Below, piece by piece: positions 27,462 to 36,717 of a stretch of DNA of 64,000 bases. A model generated the notes under the pieces. That model saw only the letters and a list, made by a program, of their open reading frames with translations, was not told the origin of the DNA and ran no database searches. The DNA is from a virus. Lineage: Duplodnaviria; Caudoviricetes. The stretch lies in IMG/VR virus record IMGVR_UViG_2744054908_000003, positions 536 through 64,535 of that record; one strand, 5' to 3'. The position numbers were made by a program, and so were the translations under genes. How positions within the stretch are numbered: position 1 is the first letter of the stretch; every line of letters starts with the position of its first letter.

Positions 27462-28363
27462 AGAATTCAAGACATGGATCGCTCGCAGAACAGTTGAAAT
27501 CGCTTATGGCGTATCGCAACCGACCGGAAGGCCAACCAGAACCATTAAAGACGAATTGGTCCGTCGCGCCTGGTGCGAATGACAATGACCCGGAGGAGGT
27601 TGCGGAAATGCGCTATGAGCGCGACTGGCGACAGACACCGTCAGTGCAGGCCATCATGCAGAATGTAGCTACTGGCGATGTCGAGAAGAATGAGAATGGA
27701 CAGATCGTCCGTATAGGCAAGCTGCGGTTTAGCGATGGTAACCAGACTGAGGTCGGGTACGTACTTGGCATCGACGGCGAAGTTATACAGGCAGACATTC
27801 GCATGCCAGCGGGCGCAATGCTCGGCATGAAAGATAAACCCGACCGTGCGTCGGGTGGCGGAGCTGATCCGAAGGATACCAAGGCCAGCAATCACTATTT
27901 TGAAGATATGCTTGGAACACTGCCGCATCGATATATTCCATCCGGAAAGCGCCGAAATGGTACGGATTACAGCGCTGAGGAATCCGCCCGCATTCTCGCG
28001 GAGGCCTACGCAAATACCGACATGGAGAAGGTTACTTTCACGCGATATCCAAAAGGATTGCCGTGTGGCTCACCCAAGGTGGCCGATAGTTTCCTCGGTA
28101 TGCGAAAGACGACGTGTGCTGGAGGAGGAGATGAATCTTGGGAAGATACACTGTCTGCGATGATCGATCGCGACCTTTGGTTTGAAGCGCTTCAAGAGTT
28201 GAAGGACAGGGATCGGGACGTTCTGGACGCTGCGATGGATGCGGGCAGTCTGGCAGATATCGGAGTGAGTGGCCATCAGCGCACAAAAGAGCGGCAAGGC
28301 AAAAGGCGGCTGATAGCGGCAAATGATAATCTTGTGGCCGCATTGAAAAAATCTGCGGCCTAA
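27458..28363 (+). CDS. Hypothetical protein, possible late-gene regulator
   Basis: Last early gene; weak sigma-region-4/HTH-like C-terminus; ends AANDNLVAALKKSAA. Confidence 0.6.
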   Translation: MKNSRHGSLAEQLKSLMAYRNRPEGQPEPLKTNWSVAPGANDNDPEEVAEMRYERDWRQTPSVQAIMQNVATGDVEKNENGQIVRIGKLRFSDGNQTEVGYVLGIDGEVIQADIRMPAGAMLGMKDKPDRASGGGADPKDTKASNHYFEDMLGTLPHRYIPSGKRRNGTDYSAEESARILAEAYANTDMEKVTFTRYPKGLPCGSPKVADSFLGMRKTTCAGGGDESWEDTLSAMIDRDLWFEALQELKDRDRDVLDAAMDAGSLADIGVSGHQRTKERQGKRRLIAANDNLVAALKKSAA

Positions 28364-28690
28364 CTGCCGCTTTTTGCAATCTCGTGCGGAGTATAGTGAA
28401 GGGGTTCAACCGCTATGCGGTTGCCCCGCACTGTTCCGTGCGCGAGGCGACGGACGCTCGGTCATGTTGCAGTTGGGTGCAACCGCTGAACCGGGCGTAA
28501 CTATCGGCAAGGCAGCATAGCTGAGAAGGTTGCGGTTCGTTCGTGGCCGTTCCTTGCCATTTTCATCCAGCGCCGTTTCTCCTCCGGCAGCTGGTTCGGC
28601 GGGTTGAGCCTATTGCGGTAGGCTCCCCGCCGGCACGATTGGCTTGATTGATTGTTGGGTCCTCCTAATTGATAGTTGGAGGAGCCAGAC

Positions 28691-29080
28691 ATGACATATT
28701 CCGCAACGAACAGTCCGTTTCGTACCGGTGTCCGAGGACTATGCCCGAGGTGCCAACAAGGACACCTGTTCAAGGGCTATCTAACACTAGCCAAGCAGTG
28801 CGAGGTTTGCGGTCTGGACTATTCGTTCGCCGATCCCGCTGACGGCCCCGCATTCTTTTCGATGTCGATCGCCGCGGTGCCTGCGCTGCTATTCGGTATC
28901 TGGTTGCAATCAGTTTTTGATCCACCGATCTGGGTTCATGCAATCACGACCCTGCCGATCATCGTGATTGCATGTGTTCTGTTGTTGAGACCAATTAAAG
29001 GTTGGTTGGTCTGCTCCCAGTATTTCCATAAAGCCGAGGAAGGAAGGATTGATACCGACTGGCGGCCAGGTCCGCGATAG
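28691..29080 (+). CDS. DUF983 family membrane Zn-finger protein
   Basis: CPRCQQGHLF.GYL...CEVCG...DGPAFF, LLRPIKG. Confidence 0.85.
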   Translation: MTYSATNSPFRTGVRGLCPRCQQGHLFKGYLTLAKQCEVCGLDYSFADPADGPAFFSMSIAAVPALLFGIWLQSVFDPPIWVHAITTLPIIVIACVLLLRPIKGWLVCSQYFHKAEEGRIDTDWRPGPR

Positions 29081-29109
29081 TCTGTTTCAACTGGCTGGCT
29101 CAGCGGAAT

Positions 29110-29409
29110 CTACCGGTAACGAGTGCCGCGGCCCTTCATGAGCATGAATGCAACCAAGGCCACCAGACCGACGGATGCCCACGCCGATGCGGTTCCGGGA
29201 TTTTCTCGTGCGTATTGCACAGCACGCTGGCCATGTTCACGTGCCCCTTCGGCGAGCACATTCACCGCGTCCTTCGTGGACGCGAGGGCGTCGTCGGTTG
29301 CGCCGGATAGATTCCCGAGATGATCTGACAATCGGGACGATAGGCTGCTGATTTCCTTGCGCAGTGCGTCGATTTGTTCGGAAACCATGCCTTCGGTGGT
29401 CTGTGCCAT
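29110..29409 (-). CDS. ElaB/YqjD/DUF883-like tail-anchored stress protein
   Basis: Coiled coil, ARENP, C-terminal TM then basic tail. Confidence 0.75.
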   Translation of the reverse strand: MAQTTEGMVSEQIDALRKEISSLSSRLSDHLGNLSGATDDALASTKDAVNVLAEGAREHGQRAVQYARENPGTASAWASVGLVALVAFMLMKGRGTRYR

Positions 29410-29438
29410 TTCATTCTCCTTTTCGATTACGAGGAGAG

Positions 29439-29464
29439 AACGGGCGTCATCGATTAATTGTTCC
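29439..29464 (-). promoter_or_regulatory. Sigma-EcfG promoter GGAAC-N17-CGTT
   Basis: Exact consensus ~30 nt upstream of the DUF883-like ATG. Confidence 0.75.
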
Positions 29465-29478
29465 ATTCAATTTCAGCT

Positions 29479-29550
29479 TGCGAGAGCGCTGGTGTGCTCG
29501 CCGGTCTCATAAGCCGGATATGATCGGTTCGATCCCGATGCCCGCAACCA
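29479..29550 (+). tRNA. Degenerate tRNA-Met(CAT); 5' acceptor strand appears ~4 nt short
   Basis: GAGC/GCTC D-stem, CCGGT-CTCATAA-GCCGG anticodon arm, ATCGG-TTCGATC-CCGAT T-arm, 3' GCCCGCAACCA. Confidence 0.7.
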
Positions 29551-29555
29551 AATAG

Positions 29556-29590
29556 AGAGCAGCTGACTCTTAATCAGCTGTTCGAAGGTA
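29556..29590 (+). pseudogene. tRNA-Lys(CTT) fragment
   Basis: AGAGCA-GCTGA-CTCTTAA-TCAGC anticodon arm without acceptor stem or full T-arm. Confidence 0.55.
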
Positions 29591-29593
29591 AGC

Positions 29594-29905
29594 ATGGCCA
29601 GACGTGATCAGCGCAGCACAGAAGCCAGTGCTTACCGCAAGCTCTACAAGACATCCCGGTGGCAACGCTTACGTGAGGGACAACTGACCGCGCATCCTTT
29701 GTGCGCCTATTGCTTGCAGCAAGAGGACGTCACGCCAGCAACGGTGTGTGACCATGTCAGGCCACATAAAGGCGATGAGGCGCTGTTCTTCGACCCAGAC
29801 AACCTCCAAAGCCTCTGCGCACCATGCCATGACCGCATCAAACAGCGCGAAGAGCTCGGCCAAGACGTCGTTCGGTTTGGTCCCGATGGATGGCCGATAG
29901 CATAA
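29594..29905 (+). CDS. Packaging-associated HNH endonuclease (HK97 gp74-like)
   Basis: RWQRLR, PLCAYC, VCDHVRPH, NLQSLCAPCH; upstream of terS. Confidence 0.9.
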   Translation: MARRDQRSTEASAYRKLYKTSRWQRLREGQLTAHPLCAYCLQQEDVTPATVCDHVRPHKGDEALFFDPDNLQSLCAPCHDRIKQREELGQDVVRFGPDGWPIA

Positions 29906-29994
29906 CCATGCAATTCTCGACCTCTTGCATGGTTCAGGCGGGTGAGCTTCGGCTCCCCGCCTCTTTCATATGAGGTCGGCAAGGAGTCGAGACC

Positions 29995-30492
29995 TTGGAT
30001 CTATTTGGAAATTGCATCTCCGCCCCATTAGCGGACAACGATAACCGCCCTGATTATTCGAGGCTTGGTAGGTATGCAGAGTTTCTGGTTTGCGCTGATA
30101 TCACCAAGAATGGATACCACGCTATTCATTCAGATACGTCTGGGTTCGACGTCCTTATGATAGCAGGCCACAAGACGTATCGAATTCAGGTTAAATCATC
30201 ATCTATCATTAGGCGCCAACGCGCTGAATGGAGATGCAGGATATCCGTGGACCGACGCGGCGGCAACGCTAGCCGGAAGCGTGAGGTTGATCGGCGTGAT
30301 GCCGATATACTGGCTCTCTTCCATAATGACTTGGAAGCTATCGTTTATCTGCCGGTTTTGCCTGGGTGCGGGCATGTGAAGCTGCCTGTCAGGTATTTGA
30401 AGGAAGCAAAAACGATAGAAACCCTTCAGAGCGCCATATCAGTTATGGACGGAACGCCAGTTCACTATATCCCCGAAGGTACCCCGGCATAG
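29995..30492 (+). CDS. PD-(D/E)XK endonuclease (homing-type)
   Basis: GRYAE, FDVL, RIQVKS. Confidence 0.7.
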   Translation: MDLFGNCISAPLADNDNRPDYSRLGRYAEFLVCADITKNGYHAIHSDTSGFDVLMIAGHKTYRIQVKSSSIIRRQRAEWRCRISVDRRGGNASRKREVDRRDADILALFHNDLEAIVYLPVLPGCGHVKLPVRYLKEAKTIETLQSAISVMDGTPVHYIPEGTPA

Positions 30493-30596
30493 ACGGGGGG
30501 ATCAAAAAGCGCCCAAGTCCGCAGTCACAGGACCAGCGGGGTCCGACAGCGCACGCATCTGCAATTCAAAACATGACCCCATAAGGATTTCATTCC

Positions 30597-30983
30597 ATGG
30601 CAAAGCCGAGAAATCCCCTCGGCAAAGCGAAGGTCGAGGGTCGCGACAAAATCAATGCCGGGCGGTACAAAAACCGCGCGGAACCGGCCACAAATGGCCC
30701 TCTTGGGGCTCCTCCCGTCTGGTTGAAGGATAGCGCCGATATCAAGGCGAAGTCGGCCTGGAAGCTTTTCGCCAAAGAGCTGCCGTGGCTGAATGAATCG
30801 CATCGAACACTGGTCGGTATGGCCTCGACTATTCAGGGACGCATCATGGCCGGGCAGGAGGTAGGCGTGCAGGCGATGAATTTGCTTCGCCAGATGCTTG
30901 GCCAGATGGGCGCTACGCCTGCCGATGCCTCGAAGGTGGCAACTCCCGACGAGGGCGAAGAAAAGGATGATCTGCTTGACTGA
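30597..30983 (+). CDS. Terminase small subunit (P27-like)
   Basis: PPVWL...AKSAW, MGATPADASKV; position. Confidence 0.8.
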   Translation: MAKPRNPLGKAKVEGRDKINAGRYKNRAEPATNGPLGAPPVWLKDSADIKAKSAWKLFAKELPWLNESHRTLVGMASTIQGRIMAGQEVGVQAMNLLRQMLGQMGATPADASKVATPDEGEEKDDLLD

Positions 30984-32835
30984 TAGACCTGCGCTTGAGC
31001 GTGTGAGCGCTTATGCGCATGCCGTCATTGATGGCAGAGAAGTTGCTGGCCCTCACGTTCGCAATGCTTGTCGCCGCCATTTCGACGATCTCGAACACGG
31101 CCACGAGCGCGGGCTTTACTGGGACGACGATGCTGCTGACCGCGTATTTCGGTTCTTCGAAGGGCGACTCAAGCTTTCTGAAGGCCAGTTCGAAGGCAAG
31201 CCTTTCAAGCTGCATTCCTCGCAGGCTTTCAAGCTGGGTTCGCTGTTCGGATGGAAACGGGCCGACGGTTCTCGCCGCTTTCGTCGCGCCTACATCGAGG
31301 AAGGTAAGGGCAACGGTAAGTCACCGTTTGCTGGCGGTGTCGGACTGTACGGGCTGATCGCTGACAAGGAGGCTGGCGCGCAGATCTATGCTGCGGCTGC
31401 CAAGAAGGAGCAGGCGGGAATTCTCTTCCAGGATGCCGTTAAAATGGTTCGCGCCGCTCCTGCGTTGGTCGAACGGTTGAAGTTCAGCGGCGGCATCGGG
31501 CGCGAGTTCAACATTGCGCATCACAAATCCCAATCGTTCTTTCGCCCGATCTCGAAGGATTCCGGCAAGTCTGGCTCTGGTCCGCGTCCGCATTTCGCGC
31601 TTTGTGACGAGGTGCACGAACATCCCGACCGCTCGACGATGGAAATGCTGGAGCGCGGCTTCAAATTTCGTCGTCAGCCTCTGCTGCTGATGATTACGAA
31701 CTCGGGCAGCGACAGAAACAGTATTTGCTGGGAAGAGCACGAGCACGCCATCAAGGTAGCCGCTGGCACGCAAACGCCTGACGAGGATTTTACCTATGTC
31801 GGCGAGGTGATCGACGACACGACGTTTTCCTATGTCTGCGCGCTGGACAAGGGCGACGATCCGCTCAAGGACGAAACCTGCTGGAAGAAGGCTAACCCGC
31901 TTCTCGGCGTTATCCTGACGCAGGAATATCTGGCCGGTGTTGTCGCTCAGGCGAAGCAAATGCCAGGCAAGCTGAACGGCATTTTGCGCCTCCATTTCTG
32001 CTGCTGGACCGATGCCGACAAGGCATGGATGCCACGCGAGACAGTCGAAAGCGTAATGGACGATTTCGATCCCGAAGTCGAACACGCAGACAAGCCGGTT
32101 TTCATGGGCGTCGACCTATCCGGCAGCAAGGACATGACTGTTCTTGCATGCGTGGTGCCTACTGGCTTCAAGGAAATGGAGCGGGAAGACGGATCTACAG
32201 TCAATCTGCCGACGTTTGATGCGTGGGTGGAGGCTTGGACGCCAGCTGATACTCTGGAGGCGCGAGAACAGGCCGACAAGGCGCCCTATGCGCTCTGGGT
32301 AAAGCAGGGCTGGCTGAATGCCCCGCCGGGCAAGCGAATTCGATATGACTTCGTTGCCTCGCGGGTACAGCAACTCGATCACGCCTTCGATATCAAGGCC
32401 ATCGCCTACGACCGATATGCCTACGACAAGTTCCGCGAGGAAGTCGAGGCGCTCGGGTTGGACATTGAACATGTCGCACATCCGCAGGGAGGCAAGGTTC
32501 GGGCACGCCCCGAGCCTGCAAAGGTAGAAGCAGCGAAAGCCGCTGGCTTACCGCCGCCGCAAGGCTTGTGGATGCCGGGCTCAGTGTTGGCGCTCGAGGA
32601 CATGATCATCGATGGTCGCATTCGTATGCGACGCAATCCCGTCCTGATGACCGCTCTGATGGGCGCCACCTTTGACCATGACCCGCAAGACAATCGGTGG
32701 TTCGTCAAAACGAAGGCATCGGTGCGCATCGACGCCGCGGTTGCACTGGCAATGGCGGTTGGTGTGGCGATGGACGGAGCGGTTATGCCGAAAGAGTCCG
32801 TCTACAAGAAACGCGGCATCCGAATGGCCGGCTAA
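30976..32835 (+). CDS. terL: Terminase large subunit
   Basis: GKGNGKS, DEVHE, GVDLS...D, AYDRY, RIDAAVA. Confidence 0.95.
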   Translation: MTDRPALERVSAYAHAVIDGREVAGPHVRNACRRHFDDLEHGHERGLYWDDDAADRVFRFFEGRLKLSEGQFEGKPFKLHSSQAFKLGSLFGWKRADGSRRFRRAYIEEGKGNGKSPFAGGVGLYGLIADKEAGAQIYAAAAKKEQAGILFQDAVKMVRAAPALVERLKFSGGIGREFNIAHHKSQSFFRPISKDSGKSGSGPRPHFALCDEVHEHPDRSTMEMLERGFKFRRQPLLLMITNSGSDRNSICWEEHEHAIKVAAGTQTPDEDFTYVGEVIDDTTFSYVCALDKGDDPLKDETCWKKANPLLGVILTQEYLAGVVAQAKQMPGKLNGILRLHFCCWTDADKAWMPRETVESVMDDFDPEVEHADKPVFMGVDLSGSKDMTVLACVVPTGFKEMEREDGSTVNLPTFDAWVEAWTPADTLEAREQADKAPYALWVKQGWLNAPPGKRIRYDFVASRVQQLDHAFDIKAIAYDRYAYDKFREEVEALGLDIEHVAHPQGGKVRARPEPAKVEAAKAAGLPPPQGLWMPGSVLALEDMIIDGRIRMRRNPVLMTALMGATFDHDPQDNRWFVKTKASVRIDAAVALAMAVGVAMDGAVMPKESVYKKRGIRMAG

Positions 32836-32852
32836 TCGGAACAAGGAAAGAT

Positions 32853-34136
32853 ATGGGTATTTTAGACCTGTTCCGGTCCAAACCGGAGGCAGCGCCTACG
32901 GTCGCGCCGAAACGAGCGCCGCGAGCTGACTGGCAATATTTCGACGGCTTGGATGATCCAAGGCTGGCCGCCTTCTTGGGAGGCGGCTCTGAAACTGCTA
33001 GCGGTATGGCAGTGACGCCGAAGGCTGCTCTGTTTAACACAACGGTCTTTCGCTGTGTCGACCTTATTTCAGGCAGCATCGGAATGCTGCCTTTCTACCT
33101 GATGCACAAGGACGGGAAGGGGCGACTTCACCCAGCCGATGATCATTCTCTGTTTGATGTTCTTCTTACGCAGCCGAATAACTGGCAGACGGCGTATGAA
33201 TTCCGTCGGCAGCTGCAGTCACATGCGCTGACCTATGGCAACGCCTACGCCCGCATCGTGCGAAGCGGCAGGCGTGTGGTGGCTTTGCAGCCTCTGCACC
33301 CGACCAATGTCACGGTGGAGCAGAAAGACGACCTGACCGTCATCTACAAGGTCGTGTTGAAGGGCGGTCGCTATGTCGAACTCCCCCAGTCGGAGATTTT
33401 TCATCTCCGCGACATGACGGACGATGGCGTTATCGGTCTTTCTCGCGTCCAACAGGCGAAAGAGGCCATCGGCCTTGCCATGCAGACAGAAAAAGCTGCG
33501 GCTCGGCTGTTTAAGAACGGTACGATGGTGGGCGGTGCGCTTACGCATCCTGGCAAACTCGGTGATGATGAGTTTGAAAATCTCGATACCAGCCTCAAGG
33601 AAAAGTTCTCCGGCGCGGAAAACGCGCACAAGTGGCTGATCCTTGAAGAAGGCATGAAGGCAGAGCCGTTCTCGCAGACAGCAAGAGACAGCCAGCAGAT
33701 CGAGACAAGAAATCATCAGATCGAGGAGGTTGCGCGCGCTTTTGGTGTGCCGCGGCCGCTTTTGATGATGGATGACACGTCGTGGGGTAGCGGCATCGAG
33801 ACCCTTGGCCAGTTTTTCGTTCGTTACGGCTTGGCGCCGTGGTTCATCGCTTGGGAGCAGGCGGTTTCGCGGTGCCTGCTGACCCGCGAAGAGCGTCGAT
33901 CGTATCAGGCTGACTTCGATGAGCGCGAATTGCTGCGCGGTTCGATTAAAGATCAGGCCGAATTCCTCGCTAAAGCCTTGGGTTCGGGCGGGTCCAGACC
34001 GTGGATGTCCCAGAATGAAGCCCGCGATTATGTGGGCTTGAGCCAGAGCGACGATCCAGACGCGGACAGCCTCAAAAATCCAATGACGCAGCCAGAAACT
34101 GGCCGCCCTCCTTCAGGAACACGCAATGAGCCTTAA
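32853..34136 (+). CDS. HK97-family portal protein
   Basis: GNAY, IFHLR, ILEEG, EVARAFGVP, MSQNEAR. Confidence 0.95.
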   Translation: MGILDLFRSKPEAAPTVAPKRAPRADWQYFDGLDDPRLAAFLGGGSETASGMAVTPKAALFNTTVFRCVDLISGSIGMLPFYLMHKDGKGRLHPADDHSLFDVLLTQPNNWQTAYEFRRQLQSHALTYGNAYARIVRSGRRVVALQPLHPTNVTVEQKDDLTVIYKVVLKGGRYVELPQSEIFHLRDMTDDGVIGLSRVQQAKEAIGLAMQTEKAAARLFKNGTMVGGALTHPGKLGDDEFENLDTSLKEKFSGAENAHKWLILEEGMKAEPFSQTARDSQQIETRNHQIEEVARAFGVPRPLLMMDDTSWGSGIETLGQFFVRYGLAPWFIAWEQAVSRCLLTREERRSYQADFDERELLRGSIKDQAEFLAKALGSGGSRPWMSQNEARDYVGLSQSDDPDADSLKNPMTQPETGRPPSGTRNEP

Positions 34137-35007
34137 CAGAACGCCGGTTGCAGCCGTTGCGCGACCGAAGTCGTATCAGTGGGATGTGCCTCTCTCCGCC
34201 TTGGAGCGGTGGGAGAGCGCTCCACAAGCGGCGGAAGCTGACGATCCTAACACAATCTCGATCTTTGACGTGATCGGAGAGGATTATTGGAGCGGAGGCG
34301 GGTTTACGGCCAAACGAGCCGCTGCCGCGCTTCGATCTATCGGGAAAAGCCCTGTCACAGTGAACGTGAATTCGCCAGGCGGCGACATGTTCGAAGGGCT
34401 TGCGATTTACAATCTCCTCGCAAGCCATCCCGGCGAGGTCACTGTCAACGTGATGGGTTATGCGGCGTCTGCGGCATCGATCATCGCTATGGCCGGTGAC
34501 AGGGTGATCATGTCAACCGGCTCGATGATGATGATCCACCGGGCGTGGGGTCTTGCCGTCGGTAACACGCATGATTTCACCGATGCTGCAACGCTGTTTC
34601 AGTCCTTCGATAGTTCGATGGCGGATATTTACGCCGCCCGAACCGGACTGGCGCAGGATGTCGTGCTTTCGCTGTTGGACGGGCCATCGAAGGCGTCGGA
34701 CGGCACATGGCTGTCTGCCGACGAGGCCATCGAGAAGGGCTTTGCGGACGAAAAGGGCGCTGGAACTTCCAAGCCCGACGCAAAGGCTGAACTTCCCGCA
34801 CATATCGCAGCAATGCGCCGGATTGACCGAGCGCTAGCTGCCGCAGGTGAGACGCGCCGTTCGCGCACTCAACTTCTCCATGAAATTCGAGGCGAGCGCG
34901 ATGCCGCCGAGAACGCCACGCGCGACGCTGGCAAGACCAGAGCCAAAGACATGACCGGCATCAAGGCCGCTCTTGTCAGCACAACCAATATTCTTTCCAA
35001 GGGATAA
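34126..35007 (+). CDS. ClpP-type head maturation protease
   Basis: NSPGGD, AASAAS, MMIH, WLSADEA. Confidence 0.93.
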   Translation: MSLNRTPVAAVARPKSYQWDVPLSALERWESAPQAAEADDPNTISIFDVIGEDYWSGGGFTAKRAAAALRSIGKSPVTVNVNSPGGDMFEGLAIYNLLASHPGEVTVNVMGYAASAASIIAMAGDRVIMSTGSMMMIHRAWGLAVGNTHDFTDAATLFQSFDSSMADIYAARTGLAQDVVLSLLDGPSKASDGTWLSADEAIEKGFADEKGAGTSKPDAKAELPAHIAAMRRIDRALAAAGETRRSRTQLLHEIRGERDAAENATRDAGKTRAKDMTGIKAALVSTTNILSKG

Positions 35008-35011
35008 CCAC

Positions 35012-36223
35012 ATGGAACCCGATGAAATCAAGGCGCTCATTGAAGCGCAGGGCCGCGCATTTGAAGCGTTCAAGGCAGAACACAGCGCAGCACTTAATGA
35101 CGTAAAGAAGGGCACGGAAGATGTCGTTCGCACCGAAAAAGTCGATCGCATCAACGCCACTGTAAGCGACCTTCAGGCTGCCCTCGATGAACAAGCGCAG
35201 AAGCTTGCAGCTCTCCAGACCGCTGGTGCCTCCCACCCGGCTCGCGATATCAAGAACGCCGAGTATAGCAAGGCATTCGACCGCTTCTTCCGCAAGGGCG
35301 ATGAGGCAAGCATTGACGCCTTCATTCAGGCCAACCCACAGGCCGCGATGAGCGTCGCCGTTCCTGAAGACGGCGGTTATACGGCTCCGACCGAATGGGA
35401 CCGCACCATTACCGACAAGCTGAAGATCGTTTCTCCGATGCGCGGTATCGCTTCGGTCATTCAGATTTCTGGCAACGGCTTCTCCAAGCTCTACAACGAC
35501 CGCGCTACCGCGTCGGGCTGGGTAGGTGAATCCGCTGCGCGTCCTGAAACCCCGGCTGCAAAGTTCGCCGAGGTGAAGTTCAACACCGGCGAGATCTACG
35601 CCAATCCCGCTGCAACGCAGCGCTTGCTGGATGATTCGGAAATCAACCTCGAAAACTGGCTTGCCGGTGAAGTCGAGACTGAGTTCGCGTATCAGGAAGG
35701 TATCGCGTTCGTTTCCGGCAACGGCACCGACAAGCCGAAGGGGCTGCTGACCTACACGACTGCGGCTTCGCATCCGTGGGGCGCAATCCCAACGGTGAAT
35801 AGCGGTGACGCAGCCGGTCTTACGACCGACGGCCTCATTGATCTGGTTTACGACCTGCCAAGTGAGCGCACTCCGAATGCGCGGTTTACTATGAACCGCA
35901 AGACGCAGGGCGCCATCCGTAAACTGAAGGACGGTCAGGGCAATTACATCTGGCAGCCGGGTCTGGTTTCTGGCCAGCCTGCAACTATCCTCGGCTTCCC
36001 GGTCAGCGAGCTTGCTGCAATGCCGGACATCGCCGCTGACGCCATCCCGGTTGTCTTCGGTGATTTCCAGCGCGGTTATCTCGTGGTTGACCGCACGGGT
36101 ATTCGCATCCTTCGCGATCCGTACACCAACAAGCCGTTCGTGCAGTTCTACACCACGAAGCGCGTTGGCGGCGGCGTGACCGATCCGACGGCCCTGCGTT
36201 ACCACAAGATCGCGGCTGCTTAA
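35012..36223 (+). CDS. HK97-fold major capsid protein
   Basis: DGGYTAP, WVGE, GNGTDKPKG, LKDGQGNYIWQP, FGDF. Confidence 0.96.
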   Translation: MEPDEIKALIEAQGRAFEAFKAEHSAALNDVKKGTEDVVRTEKVDRINATVSDLQAALDEQAQKLAALQTAGASHPARDIKNAEYSKAFDRFFRKGDEASIDAFIQANPQAAMSVAVPEDGGYTAPTEWDRTITDKLKIVSPMRGIASVIQISGNGFSKLYNDRATASGWVGESAARPETPAAKFAEVKFNTGEIYANPAATQRLLDDSEINLENWLAGEVETEFAYQEGIAFVSGNGTDKPKGLLTYTTAASHPWGAIPTVNSGDAAGLTTDGLIDLVYDLPSERTPNARFTMNRKTQGAIRKLKDGQGNYIWQPGLVSGQPATILGFPVSELAAMPDIAADAIPVVFGDFQRGYLVVDRTGIRILRDPYTNKPFVQFYTTKRVGGGVTDPTALRYHKIAAA

Positions 36224-36229
36224 CATTAC

Positions 36230-36254
36230 AAGGGCGCCTTCGGGCGCCCTTCTT
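36230..36254 (+). terminator. Intrinsic terminator after the capsid gene
   Basis: aagggcgcc-ttcg-ggcgccctt followed by ctt. Confidence 0.7.
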
Positions 36255-36267
36255 ACAGGAGGCGCTG

Positions 36268-36444
36268 ATGGAAGTGCGTGTTGCGAAGGCATTTAAGGCG
36301 GTGCCTGAAGGCGAGGTCTATCCCCGCCAGTTTGAGGTTGGCGATACTGTGACTGGTCGCATGGCCGAGGTCGCGCGAACGCTGGGCTGCGTCGCAGATG
36401 AGCCTGCCAAAAAGAAGGGCTTCGACCGTGGCGGTGGATCTTGA
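36268..36444 (+). CDS. Small head-region protein (58 aa)
   Basis: AGGAGG SD; MEVRVAKAF...; conserved position after capsid. Confidence 0.65.
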   Translation: MEVRVAKAFKAVPEGEVYPRQFEVGDTVTGRMAEVARTLGCVADEPAKKKGFDRGGGS

Positions 36445-36706
36445 TCGGTTAAAGCGACATCTTCGAATTGAATTCGATGATGAGGATACGGAGCTTGAGA
36501 GCTATTTGGCCGCCGCTCAAGGGTCTGCGTTGCGTTATATGAACCGCGATGCCGTACCCGCAGGCGCTGAATCCGAAGTGGACGCGGCGGTCCTGCTTAT
36601 AGCGGGAGATCTCTACGAGAACCGCGAGCGACAATCGACTGCCGAATTGTTCGAGAACAGATCGGCACGCTGGCTGCTTGATCCATATCGGCTGTTGAGG
36701 GTTTAG
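36428..36706 (+). CDS. Head-tail connector (HK97 gp6-like)
   Basis: LKRHLRI..DDED, AVLLIAGDLYENRE, LLDPYR. Confidence 0.9.
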   Translation: MAVDLDRLKRHLRIEFDDEDTELESYLAAAQGSALRYMNRDAVPAGAESEVDAAVLLIAGDLYENRERQSTAELFENRSARWLLDPYRLLRV

Positions 36707-36717
36707 ATCATTCGTCT

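Noticed and set aside
29479-29550. tRNA-Met as the integration site
   Set aside because: Lies mid-prophage in the usual phage tRNA position before HNH/terminase; no second copy in the window
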